Assembly: GCA_950097015.1 (NCBI GenBank)
Contig: CATNEN010000005.1
Location: forward strand, 3,286,001 to 3,350,000
Direction: 5' to 3'
Source of the DNA: Macrostomum hystrix
Lineage: Eukaryota > Animalia > Platyhelminthes
DNA length: 64,000 bases
Shown: one piece after another, positions 24,825-36,200 of the stretch
Layout: the number at the start of each line of letters is the position of its first letter
Numbering within the stretch: position 1 is the stretch's first letter
Translations under genes and position numbers: made by a program
The notes under the pieces: generated by a model
Told to the model about the DNA's origin: nothing
What the model saw: only the letters and a program-made list of their open reading frames with translations
Databases searched by the model: none

Positions 24825-25700
24825 TAGGGATCTTGATCCCAGGTGTAGGCATCTTGATCCCAAGTGTAGGGATCTTGATCCCAGGTAAAGGATCTTGATC
24901 CCAGGTCCCAGGTTTAGAGATCTTGATCCCAGGTGTAAAGATCTTGATCCCAGGTTTAGCAGTCATGATCCCAGGTAGTGATCTTGATCCAAGGTGTAAA
25001 GATCTTGATCCCAGGTGTAGCAGTCATGATCCCAGGTAGTGATCTTGATCCAAGGTGTATGGATCTTGATCCCAGGTGTATAGATCTTGATCCAAGGTGT
25101 ATGGATCTTGATCCCAGGTGTATAGATCTTGATCCCAGGTGTATAGATCTTGATCCCAGGTGTATGGATCTTGATCCTAGGTAAAGGGATCTTGATCCCA
25201 GGTGTATAGATCTTGATCCAAGGTGTATGGATCTTGATCCCAGGTGTATAGATCTTGATCCAAGGTGTATGGATCTTGATCCCAGGTGTATAGATCTTGA
25301 TCCAAGGTGTATGGATCTTGATCCCAGGTGTATAGATCTTGATCCAAGGTGTATGGATCTTGATCCCAGGTGTATAGATCTTGATCCCAGGTGTATAGAT
25401 CTTGATCCCAGGTGTATGGATCTTGATCCTAGGTAAAGGGATCTTGATCCCAGGTGTAGTATAGATCTTGATCCCAGGTGTATGGATCTTGATCCTAGGT
25501 AAAGGGATCTTGATCCCAGGTGTAGTATAGATCTTGATCCCAGGTGTATGGATCTTGATCCTAGGTAAAGGGATCTTGATCCCAGGTGTAGTATAGATCT
25601 TGATCCCAGGTGTAGGGATCTTGATCCCAGGTAAAGGGATCTTGATCCCAGGTAAAGGGATCTTGATCCCAGGTGAAGGGATGTTAATCCCGGGTGTACG
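24825..25700 (+). repeat. 21-bp array (GATCTTGATCCCAGGTGTATA)
   Basis: Period of 21 confirmed; palindromic core GGGATCTTGATCCC in many units. Confidence 0.95.
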
Positions 25701-26179
25701 AATCTTGACCCCTTGATAATATCCTGATACTATGACATGTCTACTGATTGAAACAACTACAAAGATTAAAAAGTTATGAAAAAGCAGATAAACTTGGGTT
25801 TATCTGGGAAGAGACAGTAAGCACATAAATAAGAAAACAAACTGAAACTATATTCTGAAATCAGTTTGAATTCGCGCGAAAATCCGGAAATTGTGATTAA
25901 AGCGCGCAAACAAGAAATGCCGAAGTTCTGCAGGCCAAGCAGAAGACAAAACCAATAAATTGGGATGGCGGGAAATTGGAAGAAAGTTAATGGGATAAAA
26001 CAATTAAATCATTGAAGCTTTGCTTAAATTGTATTGAACAGTAAATAAAGGAGTTAGAATCTAAGGAGTCACACAAACGTTGAAAATATAATTTTAAGCA
26101 GTCAATTCCGGATCTAGGATAGGTAGCAATTGTAATTAACTTACAATGTAGAGCTGCTCAGTCCATGGACCCAGTTTAA

Positions 26180-26350
26180 TGATGAGAGTGTACACTGCCT
26201 GACAATGAGAAAGTCAGGGCATGTGTGCGTGTGTGCTCAGGAGTCAGCGAAATGGGCAGAATTGCATCCTCGCTGGCTGTGGGTCTAGTGTCGCCAAATG
26301 ATGTGCCATTGCCCGCAGCCCTCCTGTAATAATAATAATTATTATTATAA
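26180..26350 (+). mobile_element. 5'-truncated SINE family A copy with (TAA)n tail
   Basis: Matches the 3' half of the 18066 and 56165 copies (ATGAGAAAGTCAGGGCA...GTGTGCTCAGGAGTCAG...GATGTGCCATTGCCCGCAG). Confidence 0.8.
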
Positions 26351-26495
26351 TGCTGATATCCAATTTACGGCTGGGTAGTCAAGTTTCACGCGCTAAAAAT
26401 ACACGCGAAAAAATTAGGTAAGATTCGAACTCCCGACCTCTCTTCTTAGCTTTTAACACGGGACTAAAACCTTCCAAAATCGGATGCGGGCGGGC

Positions 26496-28086
26496 CTACT
26501 TCCGCCTCTCCTGTTTCTGAGTGCGTTTCTTCTCGGCCTCCTTTCTGGCCTCCTTGGCGTTGCGCTGCTTCTCCCGATCGGCCTTGTCCCTCTCCTGCTT
26601 GTGCGCGTGCTCGAGTCGCATGCGCTCCCGTTTGAGCTTCTCTTCGCCCTCGGTGGCGGCTCGATTGTTGATCGCCGGACCGCCGGAGTCGGCGCCGCAG
26701 ATGCCGCCGCCATTGTCGGCTTCGTCGTCACTGTCGGAGACGTTGGCGTAGGCCTGGGATTAAAGGATTAAAGGTGAGTTAGGTGGGTTAGCAACCGGTT
26801 TTTGGTGCGCATCTTTTGAATCAGAGCTGGCGACAAGAATCAATCAAGTCGCCAGCTCTTCAGACCGTCGAGATATTCAATGATTCTGTCTTAAGGTCGG
26901 ATTTTTCCCATAAACGCTAGTGTATTTCATACACCCCAATACACGAATTAGCACTGCGCCTCAGTGCGGCCTTGTCAGGCCTTCAAAATTTATCTGCATG
27001 CAACCTGAATGTGCCTGCATCATCTCCGGCTTCGGCGGTCACCGACCTTTATTTAGACGGAGCTTCTGGACCTTCAAGGGCTACAACAGGTGAAAATAGG
27101 CCACTATGGACACCCTGACGCGAATTTCACGGCAATTTCACTGCTGAAGCCTAAATGTTAGACGCAGCTCAACCACAGGACACCATCGCCTAGTCTGTCA
27201 ACCAATCAGTCACCACCCAACGCTGTTAGCATTCAGGCGCTGCCAACAAATTCTCCTATGGTATAAAAACGGGCGGCAAAATGGCTTGGTTTGGCTGGGA
27301 TAATTGAGGGTTGGTGTGGCGTCCATGGACTGAACAGCTGTACGCAGCCTTCAGATGCGCCGCGCAATAGCTGCGGCTGTGCTGTCGGCTATATTTAGTG
27401 AGCATGTGCTCCCATAGCTCAGTTGGTGCCACCTGTTGAAGATCCGTCTCTACCTAGACAGCACTGCCAGGGTAAATGTCAGGGCCCGCTTTGGTAATTT
27501 CGCTCACCCGCAGAATCAACTGCTTCTCCGATCTTCGCCTCTCAGCGTCCTCGCCATTGGCGCCCAGATCCGCCGGATGCGGACTCTGATGCTGCAGCTG
27601 CTGCTGCTGCTTGATGGTCATCTCCCGGACTCGCGCAAGAGCTTCAGCCTCCGCTGCTGTCAGTTCCGCCGAGGCGGAAGACGAAGCGGCTGCGGCGCCA
27701 GCGGCAGCGGCGTTGCAACGATTGAAAGCTTCAACAATTCGACTGGCCAATGTGTTGGCGTCGCCAGCAGCTGGCAAAGACAGCAGGCCGAATTCTTGAA
27801 CAATATCCCGGACTGACTCCTCCTGAGCTTCGGTTCCTTCGGCAGCGTCAGCGGCCAGAACTCCGGATAGATAGTCCACTAGGCTCGGAACATCGATGTC
27901 TGAGGAGTCAGAAGCTACAGAAGCCAACTCCCTCAGGGTGTCTGCTAGCCATGCGCCAAACTCTTGACTAGGGGAATCTGCAACACCTGCCACTGTTGAC
28001 ATTGCTCCTGCTCCTGCTGCTGCTGCTCCTGCTGCGGCGCTTGGATCTTGCGAACTCGCTGAAATAGTTGAGTTCATGAGCATCAT
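26496..28086 (-). CDS. CCDC43: Coiled-coil domain-containing protein 43; exons about 28086-27508 and 26753-26496
   Basis: EFGAWLADTL...VDYLSGVL N-terminal motif, AYANVSDSDDE, and C-terminus EAEKKRTQKQERRK matching the family. Phase-0 GTGAGC...CAG intron. The start ATG is uncertain (28086, 28077 or MSTVAG). Confidence 0.85.
27085..27290 (+). repeat. Old dispersed repeat, copy 1 (in the CCDC43 intron)
   Basis: Aligns by eye with the reverse complement of 45145-45360 (ACTATGGACACCCTGACG...GCAGCTCAACCACAGGACAC...GGGCGGC.AAATGGCTTGGT). Confidence 0.75.
27292..27400 (+). mobile_element. 3' fragment of the CORE-like SINE (family B)
   Basis: GCTGGGATAATTGA...GGACTGAACAGCTGTACGCAGCCTT.AGATGCGCCGCGCA.TAGCTGCGGCTGTGCTGTCGGCT matches 52095-52200. 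Confidence 0.85.
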
Positions 28087-28107
28087 ATTGTGCTCTAATT
28101 TCCTCGC

Positions 28108-29900
28108 TTGTCTCACCTCCCCACCTGTCTCACCCCTTCCTCTCACCTCCCTGTCTCACCCCTTCCTCTCACCTCCCCACCTGTCTCACCCTTCCTCTCA
28201 CCTCCCCACCTGTCTCACCCCTTCCTCTCACCTCCCTACATGTCTCACCCCTTCCTCTCACCTCCCCACCTGTCTCACACTTCCTCTCACCTCCCTACCT
28301 GTCTCACACTTCCTCTCACCTCCCTACCTGTCTCACACTTCCTCTCAGCTCCCCACCTGTCTCACACTTCCTCTCACCTCCCCGAGTCCCCACCTGTCTC
28401 ACACTTCCTCTCACCTCCCCACCTGTCTCACCCCTTCCTCTCACCTCTCCACCTGTCTCACCCCTTCCTCTCACCTCCTTACCTGTCTCACCCCTTCCTC
28501 TCACCTCCTTACCTGTCTCACCCCTTCCTCTCACCTCCCCACCTGTCTCACCCCTTCCTCTCACCTCTCCACCTGTCTCACCCCTTCCTCTCACCACCCC
28601 ACCTGTCTCACCCCTTCCTCTCACCTCCTTACCTGTCTCACCCCTTCCTCTCACCTCCCCACCTGTCTCACCCCTTCCTCTCACCTCCCCACCTGTCTTA
28701 CACTTCCTCTCACCTCCCCACCTGTCTCACACTTCCTCTCACCTCCCCACCTGTCTCACACTTCCTCTCAGCTCCCTACCTGTCTCACCCCTTCCTCTCA
28801 CCTCCCCACCTGTCTCACCCCTTCCTCTCACCTCCCTACCTGTCTCACCCCTTCCTCTCACCTCCCCACCTGTCTCACACTTCCTCTCACCTCCCCACCT
28901 GTCTCACCCCTTCCTCTCACCTCCCCACCTGTCTCACCCCTTCCTCTCACCTCCCCACCTGTCTCACACTTCCTCTCACCTCCCTACCTGTCTCACACTT
29001 CCTCTCACCTCCCCACCTGTCTCACCCCTTCCTCTCACCTCCCCACCTGTCTCACACTTCCTCTCACCTCCCTACCTGTCTCACACTTCCTCTCACCTCC
29101 CCACCTGTCTCACACTTCCTCTCACCTCCCCACCTGTCTCACACTTCCTCTCACCTCCCTGTCTCACCCCTTCCTCTCACCTCCCCACCTGTCTCACCCC
29201 TTCCTCTCACCTCCCCACCTGTCTCACCCCTTCCTCTCACCTCCCCACCTGTCTCACACTTCCTCTCACCTCCCTACCTGTCTCACCCCTTCCTCTCACC
29301 TCCCCACCTGTCTCACACTTCCTCTCACCTCCTTACCTGTCTCACCCCTTCCTCTCACCTCCCCACCTGTCTCACACTTCCTCTCACCTCCCCACCTGTC
29401 TCACACTTCCTCTCACCTCCCCACCTGTCTCACACTTCCTCTCACCTCCCCACCTGTCTCACACTTCCTCTCACCTCCTTACCTGTCTCACCCCTTCCTC
29501 TCACCTCCCCACCTGTCTCACCCCTTCCTCTCACCTCCCCACCTGTCTCACCCCTTCCTCTCACCTCCCCACCTGTCTCACACTTCCTCTCACCTCCCCA
29601 CCTGTCTCACACTTCCTCTCACCTCCCCACCTGTCTCACACTTCCTCTCACCTCCTTACCTGTCTCACCCCTTTCTCTCACCTCCCCACCTGTCTCACAC
29701 TTCCTCTCACCTCCCCACCTGTCTCACACTTCCTCTCACCTCCCCACCTGTCTCACACTTCCTCTCACCTCCCCACCTGTCTCACACTTCCTCTCACCTC
29801 CCTGTCTCACCCCTTCCTCTCACCTCCCCACCTGTCTCACACTTCCTCTCACCTCCTTACCTGTCTCACCCCTTCCTCTCACCTCTCCATCTGTCTCACT
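28108..29900 (+). repeat. 29/30-bp pyrimidine-rich array (CACCTCCCCACCTGTCTCACACTTCCTCT)
   Basis: Fills most of the space between the ABCB7 3' end and the CCDC43 start. Confidence 0.97.
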
Positions 29901-30269
29901 GTCTACTCGTGAAGTCAAATCAAATAATAACAATAATAATACGAATAAGCAAAATACTTGCACTAGAATGATAATAACTTCTCTAATTTATCCCTTATAA
30001 GCATTGAATATATAGTCAGTAATAGAACACGCAAATAAATGTATTATTGAATTAGGCTAAGCGGGTTGTTTACATAACAATAACAGAATTATTAAGAGAA
30101 AATGCTCTATAAAAACAACTATACTACTGCTATATTTTTTCTGACAGTAGTACACCTCGCTTAAGCTAATCGCAAAAAATCAAGAAGATAATATTTTCTG
30201 TGTTTTATGGCAATTTAGTGTCAAAAATGGCAATTATAAGTTCTAAAGAGAGTGGCTTAAAACTGGAAA

Positions 30270-33200
30270 TCAATTCTCGGATTTATGAGTTGCAGCTCCC
30301 TTGTTCTGCTCTCGCCACAACTGATGATACAAACTATCTGGCCGCGAAATCAACTCATTATGAGTGCCCTGCTCAAAAACTCGACCGCCCTGCAGCACCA
30401 GAATCAGGTCGCTGTCAACTACTGTTGCTAGGCGATGCGCAATCACTATGGAAGTTCGACCGCGAGTTGCTGCTTTCAGCGAGTCTGAAATAATAATGGT
30501 CGTCGGGTCACCGCATTTTTCAGAAGAAAGTTGTGAGGGTCTAAATAACTCCGTGCATTGATTAAAGAAATGTGTGAATTGATTTAGGAAATCTGTGAAC
30601 GGATTAAAGAAATCTGTGAATGGATTTAAGGAACCTGTGAATGGATTCAAGGAACCTGTGAATAAATTAAGGAAACCTGTGAATGTATTTAGGAAATCAG
30701 TGAATGTATTTAGGAAATCTGAGAATGCATTTAGGAAATCTGAGAATGCATTTAGGAAATCTGAGAATGCATTTAGGAAATCTGTGAATGCATTTAGGAA
30801 GTCTGTGAATGTATTTAGGAAATCTGTGAATGCATTTAGGAAATCTGTGAATGCATTTAGGAAATCTGTGAATGCATTTAGGAAATCTGTGAATGCATTT
30901 AGGAAATCTGTGAATGCATTTAGGAAGTCTGTGAATGCATTTAGGAAATCTGTGAATGCATTTAGGAAATCTGTGAATGCATTTACGAAATCTGTGAATG
31001 CATTTAGGAAATCTGTGAATGCATTTAGGAAATCTGTGAATGGATTTAAGAAATCTGTGAATGGATTCAAGGAACCTGTGAATAAATTTAGGAAACCTGT
31101 GAATGCATTTAGGAAATCTGTGAATGCATTTAGGAAATCTGTGAATGCATTTAGGAAGTCTGTGAATGTATTTAGGAAATCTGTGAATGCATTTAGGAAG
31201 TCTGTGAATGCATTTAGGAAATCAGTGAATGCATTTAGGAAATCTGTGAATTCATTGAAGAAATCTGCGAATGCATTTAGGTAATCTGTGAATGCATTTA
31301 GGAAATCTGTGAATGTATTTAGGAAATCTGTGAATGCATTTAGGAAGTCAGTGAATGCATTTAGGAAATCAGTGAATGTATTTAGGAAATCAGTGAATGC
31401 ATTTAGGAAATCTGTGAATGTATTTAGGAAATCAGTGAATGTATTTAGGAAATCTGTGAATGCATTTAGGAAATCTGTGAATGTATTTAGGAAATTATTA
31501 GGAAATTATTTAGGAAATCTGTGAATGCATTTAGGAAGTCTGTGAATGTATTTAGGAAATCTCTGAATGTATTTAGGAAATCTGTGAATGCATTTAGGAA
31601 ATCAGTGAATGTATTTAGGAAATCAGTGAATGTATTTAGGAAACCTGTGAATGCATTTAGGAAATCTGTGAATGCATTTAGGAAATCTGTGAATGTATTT
31701 AGGAAATCTGTGAATGCATTTAGGAAATCAGTGAATGCATTTAGGAAATCAGTGAATGTATTTAGGAAATCAGTGAATGTATTTAGGAAATCTGTGAATG
31801 CATTTAGGAAATCTGTGAATGGATTTAAGAAATCTGTGAATGGATTCAAGGAACCTGTGAATAAATTTAGGAAACCTGTGAATGCATTTAGGAAATCTGT
31901 GAATGCATTTAGGAAATCTGTGAATGTATTTAGGAAATCTGTGAATGCATTTAGGAAATCAGTGAATGCATTTAGGAAATCAGTGAATGTATTTAGGAAA
32001 TCAGTGAATGTATTTAGGAAACCTGTGAATGCATTTAGGAAATCTGTGAATGCATTTAGGAAATCTGTGAATGCATTTAGGAAATCAGTGAATGCATTTA
32101 GGAAATCAGTGAATGCATTTAGGAAACCTGTGAATGCATTTACGAAATCTGTGAATTCATTGAAGAAATCTGCGAATGGATTGAAGAAATCTGCGAATGC
32201 ATTTAGGTAATCTGTGAATGCATTGAAGAAATCTGTGAATGGATTCGAGAAACCTGTGAATGAGTTCCAGAAAATGTGATTAGGTGTACAGTGTTGATTT
32301 ACTGCCACCCAACTCACTGAGTATGTTCTTCTCCGTAATGGAATCCAAGCTAGAAGTAGCCTCGTCATATATTAATATCGGCGCCTGTTTGAGTATAGCC
32401 CTAGCGATGGCCACTCTTTGTTTCTCTCCGCCGCTCAGCTTGAGTCCTCGCTCGCCAACCAACGTGTCGTACTGCCTTGGCATGCGCATGATTGAGTCGT
32501 GCAAATCAGCTAGCCTAGCAGCGGACACAACTTGATCAGGTGTGGCCGACAAATCACCGTAGTGCAAATTGTGCCGGATTGTGTTGTTGAATAGCACACA
32601 GTCCTGGATAGACGGAGTAGTGAAAATGTGAATGAATGAATTGAATAGAGAAACATAATTCTCTAAACATAATACATGTGAATCAAGTAGAGAAACTTGT
32701 GAATCAAGTAGAGAAACATGTGTATCAAGTAGAGAAACATGTGAATCAAGTAGAGAAACGTGTGAATCAAGTAGAGAAACATGTGAATCAAGTAGAGAAA
32801 CGTGTGAATCAAGTAGAGAAACGTGTGAATAAAGTAGAAAAACGTGTGTATCAAGTAGAGAAACTTGTGAATCAAGTAGAGAAACGTGTGAATCAAGTAG
32901 AGAAACGTGTGAATCAAGTAGAGAAACGTGTGAATCAAGTAGAGAAACGTGTGAATCAAGTAGAGAAACGTGTGAATCAAGTAGAGAAACGTGTGAATCA
33001 AGTAGAGAAACATGTGAATCAAGTAGAGAAACGTGTGAATCAAGTAGAGAAACGTGTGAATCAAGTAGAGAAACATGTGAATCAAGCAGAGAAACATGTG
33101 AATCAAGTAGAGAAACATGTGAATAAAGTAGAGAAACTTGTGAATCAAGAAGAGAAACGTGTGAATCAAGTAGAGAAACATGTGAATCAAGTAGAGAAAC

Positions 33201-36200
33201 GTGTGAATCAAGTAGAGAAACATGTGACTCAAGTAGAGAAACTTGTGAATCAAGTAGAAAAACTTGTGAATAAAGTAGAGAAACTTGTGAATTAACTAGA
33301 CAAACTTGTGAATCAAGCAGAGAAACATGTGAATCAAGTACAGAAACGTGTGAATCAAGCAGAGAAACATGTGAATCAAGTACAGAAACGTGTGAATCAA
33401 GCAGAGAAACATGTGAATCAAGTACAGAAACGTGTGAATCAAGCAGAGAAACATGTGAATCAATTAGAGAAACATGTGAATCAAGTAAAGCAGTTTGTGA
33501 ATCGACTGGAGAAACTTGTGAATCGACTGGAGAAACATGTGAATCGAATGGAGAAACATGTGAATCGACTGGAGAAACATGTGAATCAAGTAGAGAAACA
33601 TGTGAATCAAGTAAAGCAATTTGTGAATCGAATGGAGAAACTTGTGAATCGAATGGAGAAACATGTGAATCGAATGGAGAAACATGTGAATCGAATGGAG
33701 AAACTTGTGAATCAACTGGAGAAACTTATGAATCAACTGAAGAAACTTGTGAATCAACTGGAGAAACTTATGAATCAACTGAAGAAACTTGTGAATCAAC
33801 TGGAGAAACTTGTGAATCGAATGGACAAACATGTGAATCGAATGGAGAAACATGTGAATCGACTGGTGAAACATGTGAATCAAGTAGAGAAACATGTGAA
33901 TCATGTAGAAAAGCTACAGAACAACCTGTAAATACGGCCTTACCTGCGGTATAATTGACACAGCTGTTCGCAGTTCGGCTAGACTAGCCTGTCGAATGTC
34001 GACACCGTTGATTAGAATCGACCCAGATTGTGAATCAAAGAACCTGTACAGGAGTCGAACAATCGTAGACTTGCCGCTACCGCTGCCGCCAACAATGGCG
34101 ACCTTCTTGCCAGACGGCACAGTGAAGCTGAGGCCGCGCAGAATATCGCTACCTGGCACGTAGGCGAAGCTGATGTCGCGAAATTCCACTTCGGCTCGAT
34201 CGGTGCAGGCGTTCAGCTGCGCACTTTTAGCAGCGTCGGACTCGTCAAGGGCTTGACCGCGCAGTTGCAACAGGCTAAACATGGCGTGCATGTCCACCAG
34301 AGCTTGCCGCATATCGCGATAAACTGAGCCAAGAAAGTTCAAAGGTATGGACAGCTGAAACAGCAGGCCGTTGACCATCACGAGATCGCCGACAGTCAGG
34401 ACTCCCGAAGCAATGTCCTGCGCTGCTAGGAGCATCACGGCTGTTAGGCCAACGCTGAAAATGGCGCTTTGGCCCCAGTTCAAAGCGGCCAGGCTGGTTT
34501 GAATGCGCAGCGAAGCTCGCTCATAGTCCTGACGGATGGGATAATTGTGTGTGGGTGGGATTAGGGGAGTTAGGGATTACCTTTGTAGCAGACCAGGTTA
34601 TGGGATTAGCGGCCTTCGTTACAAGATTAGGATTTAGCCTAGGTACTCCGGCTGCAAGCAGCTATGCAGACATCTGCGAAACGAATCTGCGAATCTGCAG
34701 ACGTCTGAAGAATCACTTCGACCCCGAGCCACCCGAAATCATTCTGCGCTTCCGCTTCTACACCCGAAGTCGCAGTGCCGGCGAGTCAATTTCGTCGGAC
34801 ACCTTCCGCTCAGAGCCGCGAGGACGGCCTAAGCTTGAGCCCGCCAACGCCCACCTGCGCACATATTCAGGAGAGCCATTTCCGCTGCTCGGCAGAATCA
34901 TCGTCCAAGTGCAGGCGGCTGGAGCGGCCAAGGAGCTTCCACTGCTTGTTGTCAACGGCTCAGGTTCGAACCTGATCGGCCGCGACTGGCTTGCCGACCT
35001 GCCTCTGGACTGGCGCAGCATCAAGCAAGTGACCAAGGACGGCGAGCACCAGAGAATCCGCGCCCTGCTTGACCAGTACGCCGATGTTTTTGAGCTCGGA
35101 CTCGGTAAGTGCAATGGGCCACCTGTACGGCTGCACTTGAAAGACGGAGCCCGGCCTCGATTTTTCAAAGCGCGCACCGTTCCCTTTGCTCTCAAAGCCA
35201 AGGTGGAGGCCCAGCTCGACAAAGAAATCGAGCAGGGCGTGCTCGTGCCCATGAACAGCTCGGACTACGCATCGCCGATCGTGCCGGTCCTCAAGTCCGA
35301 CGGCTCGGTACGCATCTGTGCGGACTTCAAGCAGACGGTTAACATCAACATCGAGCTTGACAAGTACCCGCTGCCACGCATTGACGAGCTTTTTGCCAAG
35401 CTGGCCGGCGGCCAAAAGTTCACCAAGCTCGACTTGTCGCAGGCCTACTCCCAAATGCCGCTTGACGAAGCAGCCCAGCAACTCTGCACCATCAACACCT
35501 CTAAGGGCCTGCTTCGGTATACCCGGCTGCCGTTCGGCGTCGCTCCAGCTGACATCTTCCAGCGGTACATGGACAGCCTGCTGCAGTCCATCCCGCATGT
35601 CGCCTGCTTCATTGATGATCTGATCATACTGGTGCAGACGACGGCAGCCATTTACACTCCCTAGAGCTGGTGCTGCAGCGACTGCAACAGAGCGGTCTGC
35701 GCTGCGGCCTCGGCAAGTGCAACTTCCTGCAGGAGAGCGTCTGCTACCTAGGCCACAGGATCGACGCCGCAGGCCTCCATCCGCTTCAGGACAAGGTGCG
35801 CGCGATAGTGGACGCTCCACCACCGCAGAATGTGACGCAGCTCCGCAGCTTCCTTGGCATCGTCAACTATTATGGCAAGTTCATGCCGAACTTGTCTGCC
35901 GAGCTGGCAACATGTGAATCGCTGCGGCAGCCGCTGCGGCCCAGGAGTCGGAAGCCGAGCCGGTCGCGGAACCGGCGGCAGCGGAAACCCAGACATCTGC
36001 TGCGGCAGCTGCTGTCCCAGCGACGCCGCAGACACGGGCGACCCGGTGCCGATTCGACGGTCAACCAGGCAGCGAGCTCCACCTGACAGACTGAGCTATT
36101 TTTGACGGACTGACAGTTTACATTTTTTTGTTGCTTTGCTTGATAAATTACCTTGCTTGCTATCTCCCCCCGGTTCCTGATTTCCTGAGGGATGTGGTGA

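Noticed and set aside
26195-26225. Hammerhead ribozyme in SINE A (TGAGAAA/GAAA motifs)
   Set aside because: Only a simple stem-loop CCTGAC...GTCAGG is present; there is no CUGAUGA core with three helices.
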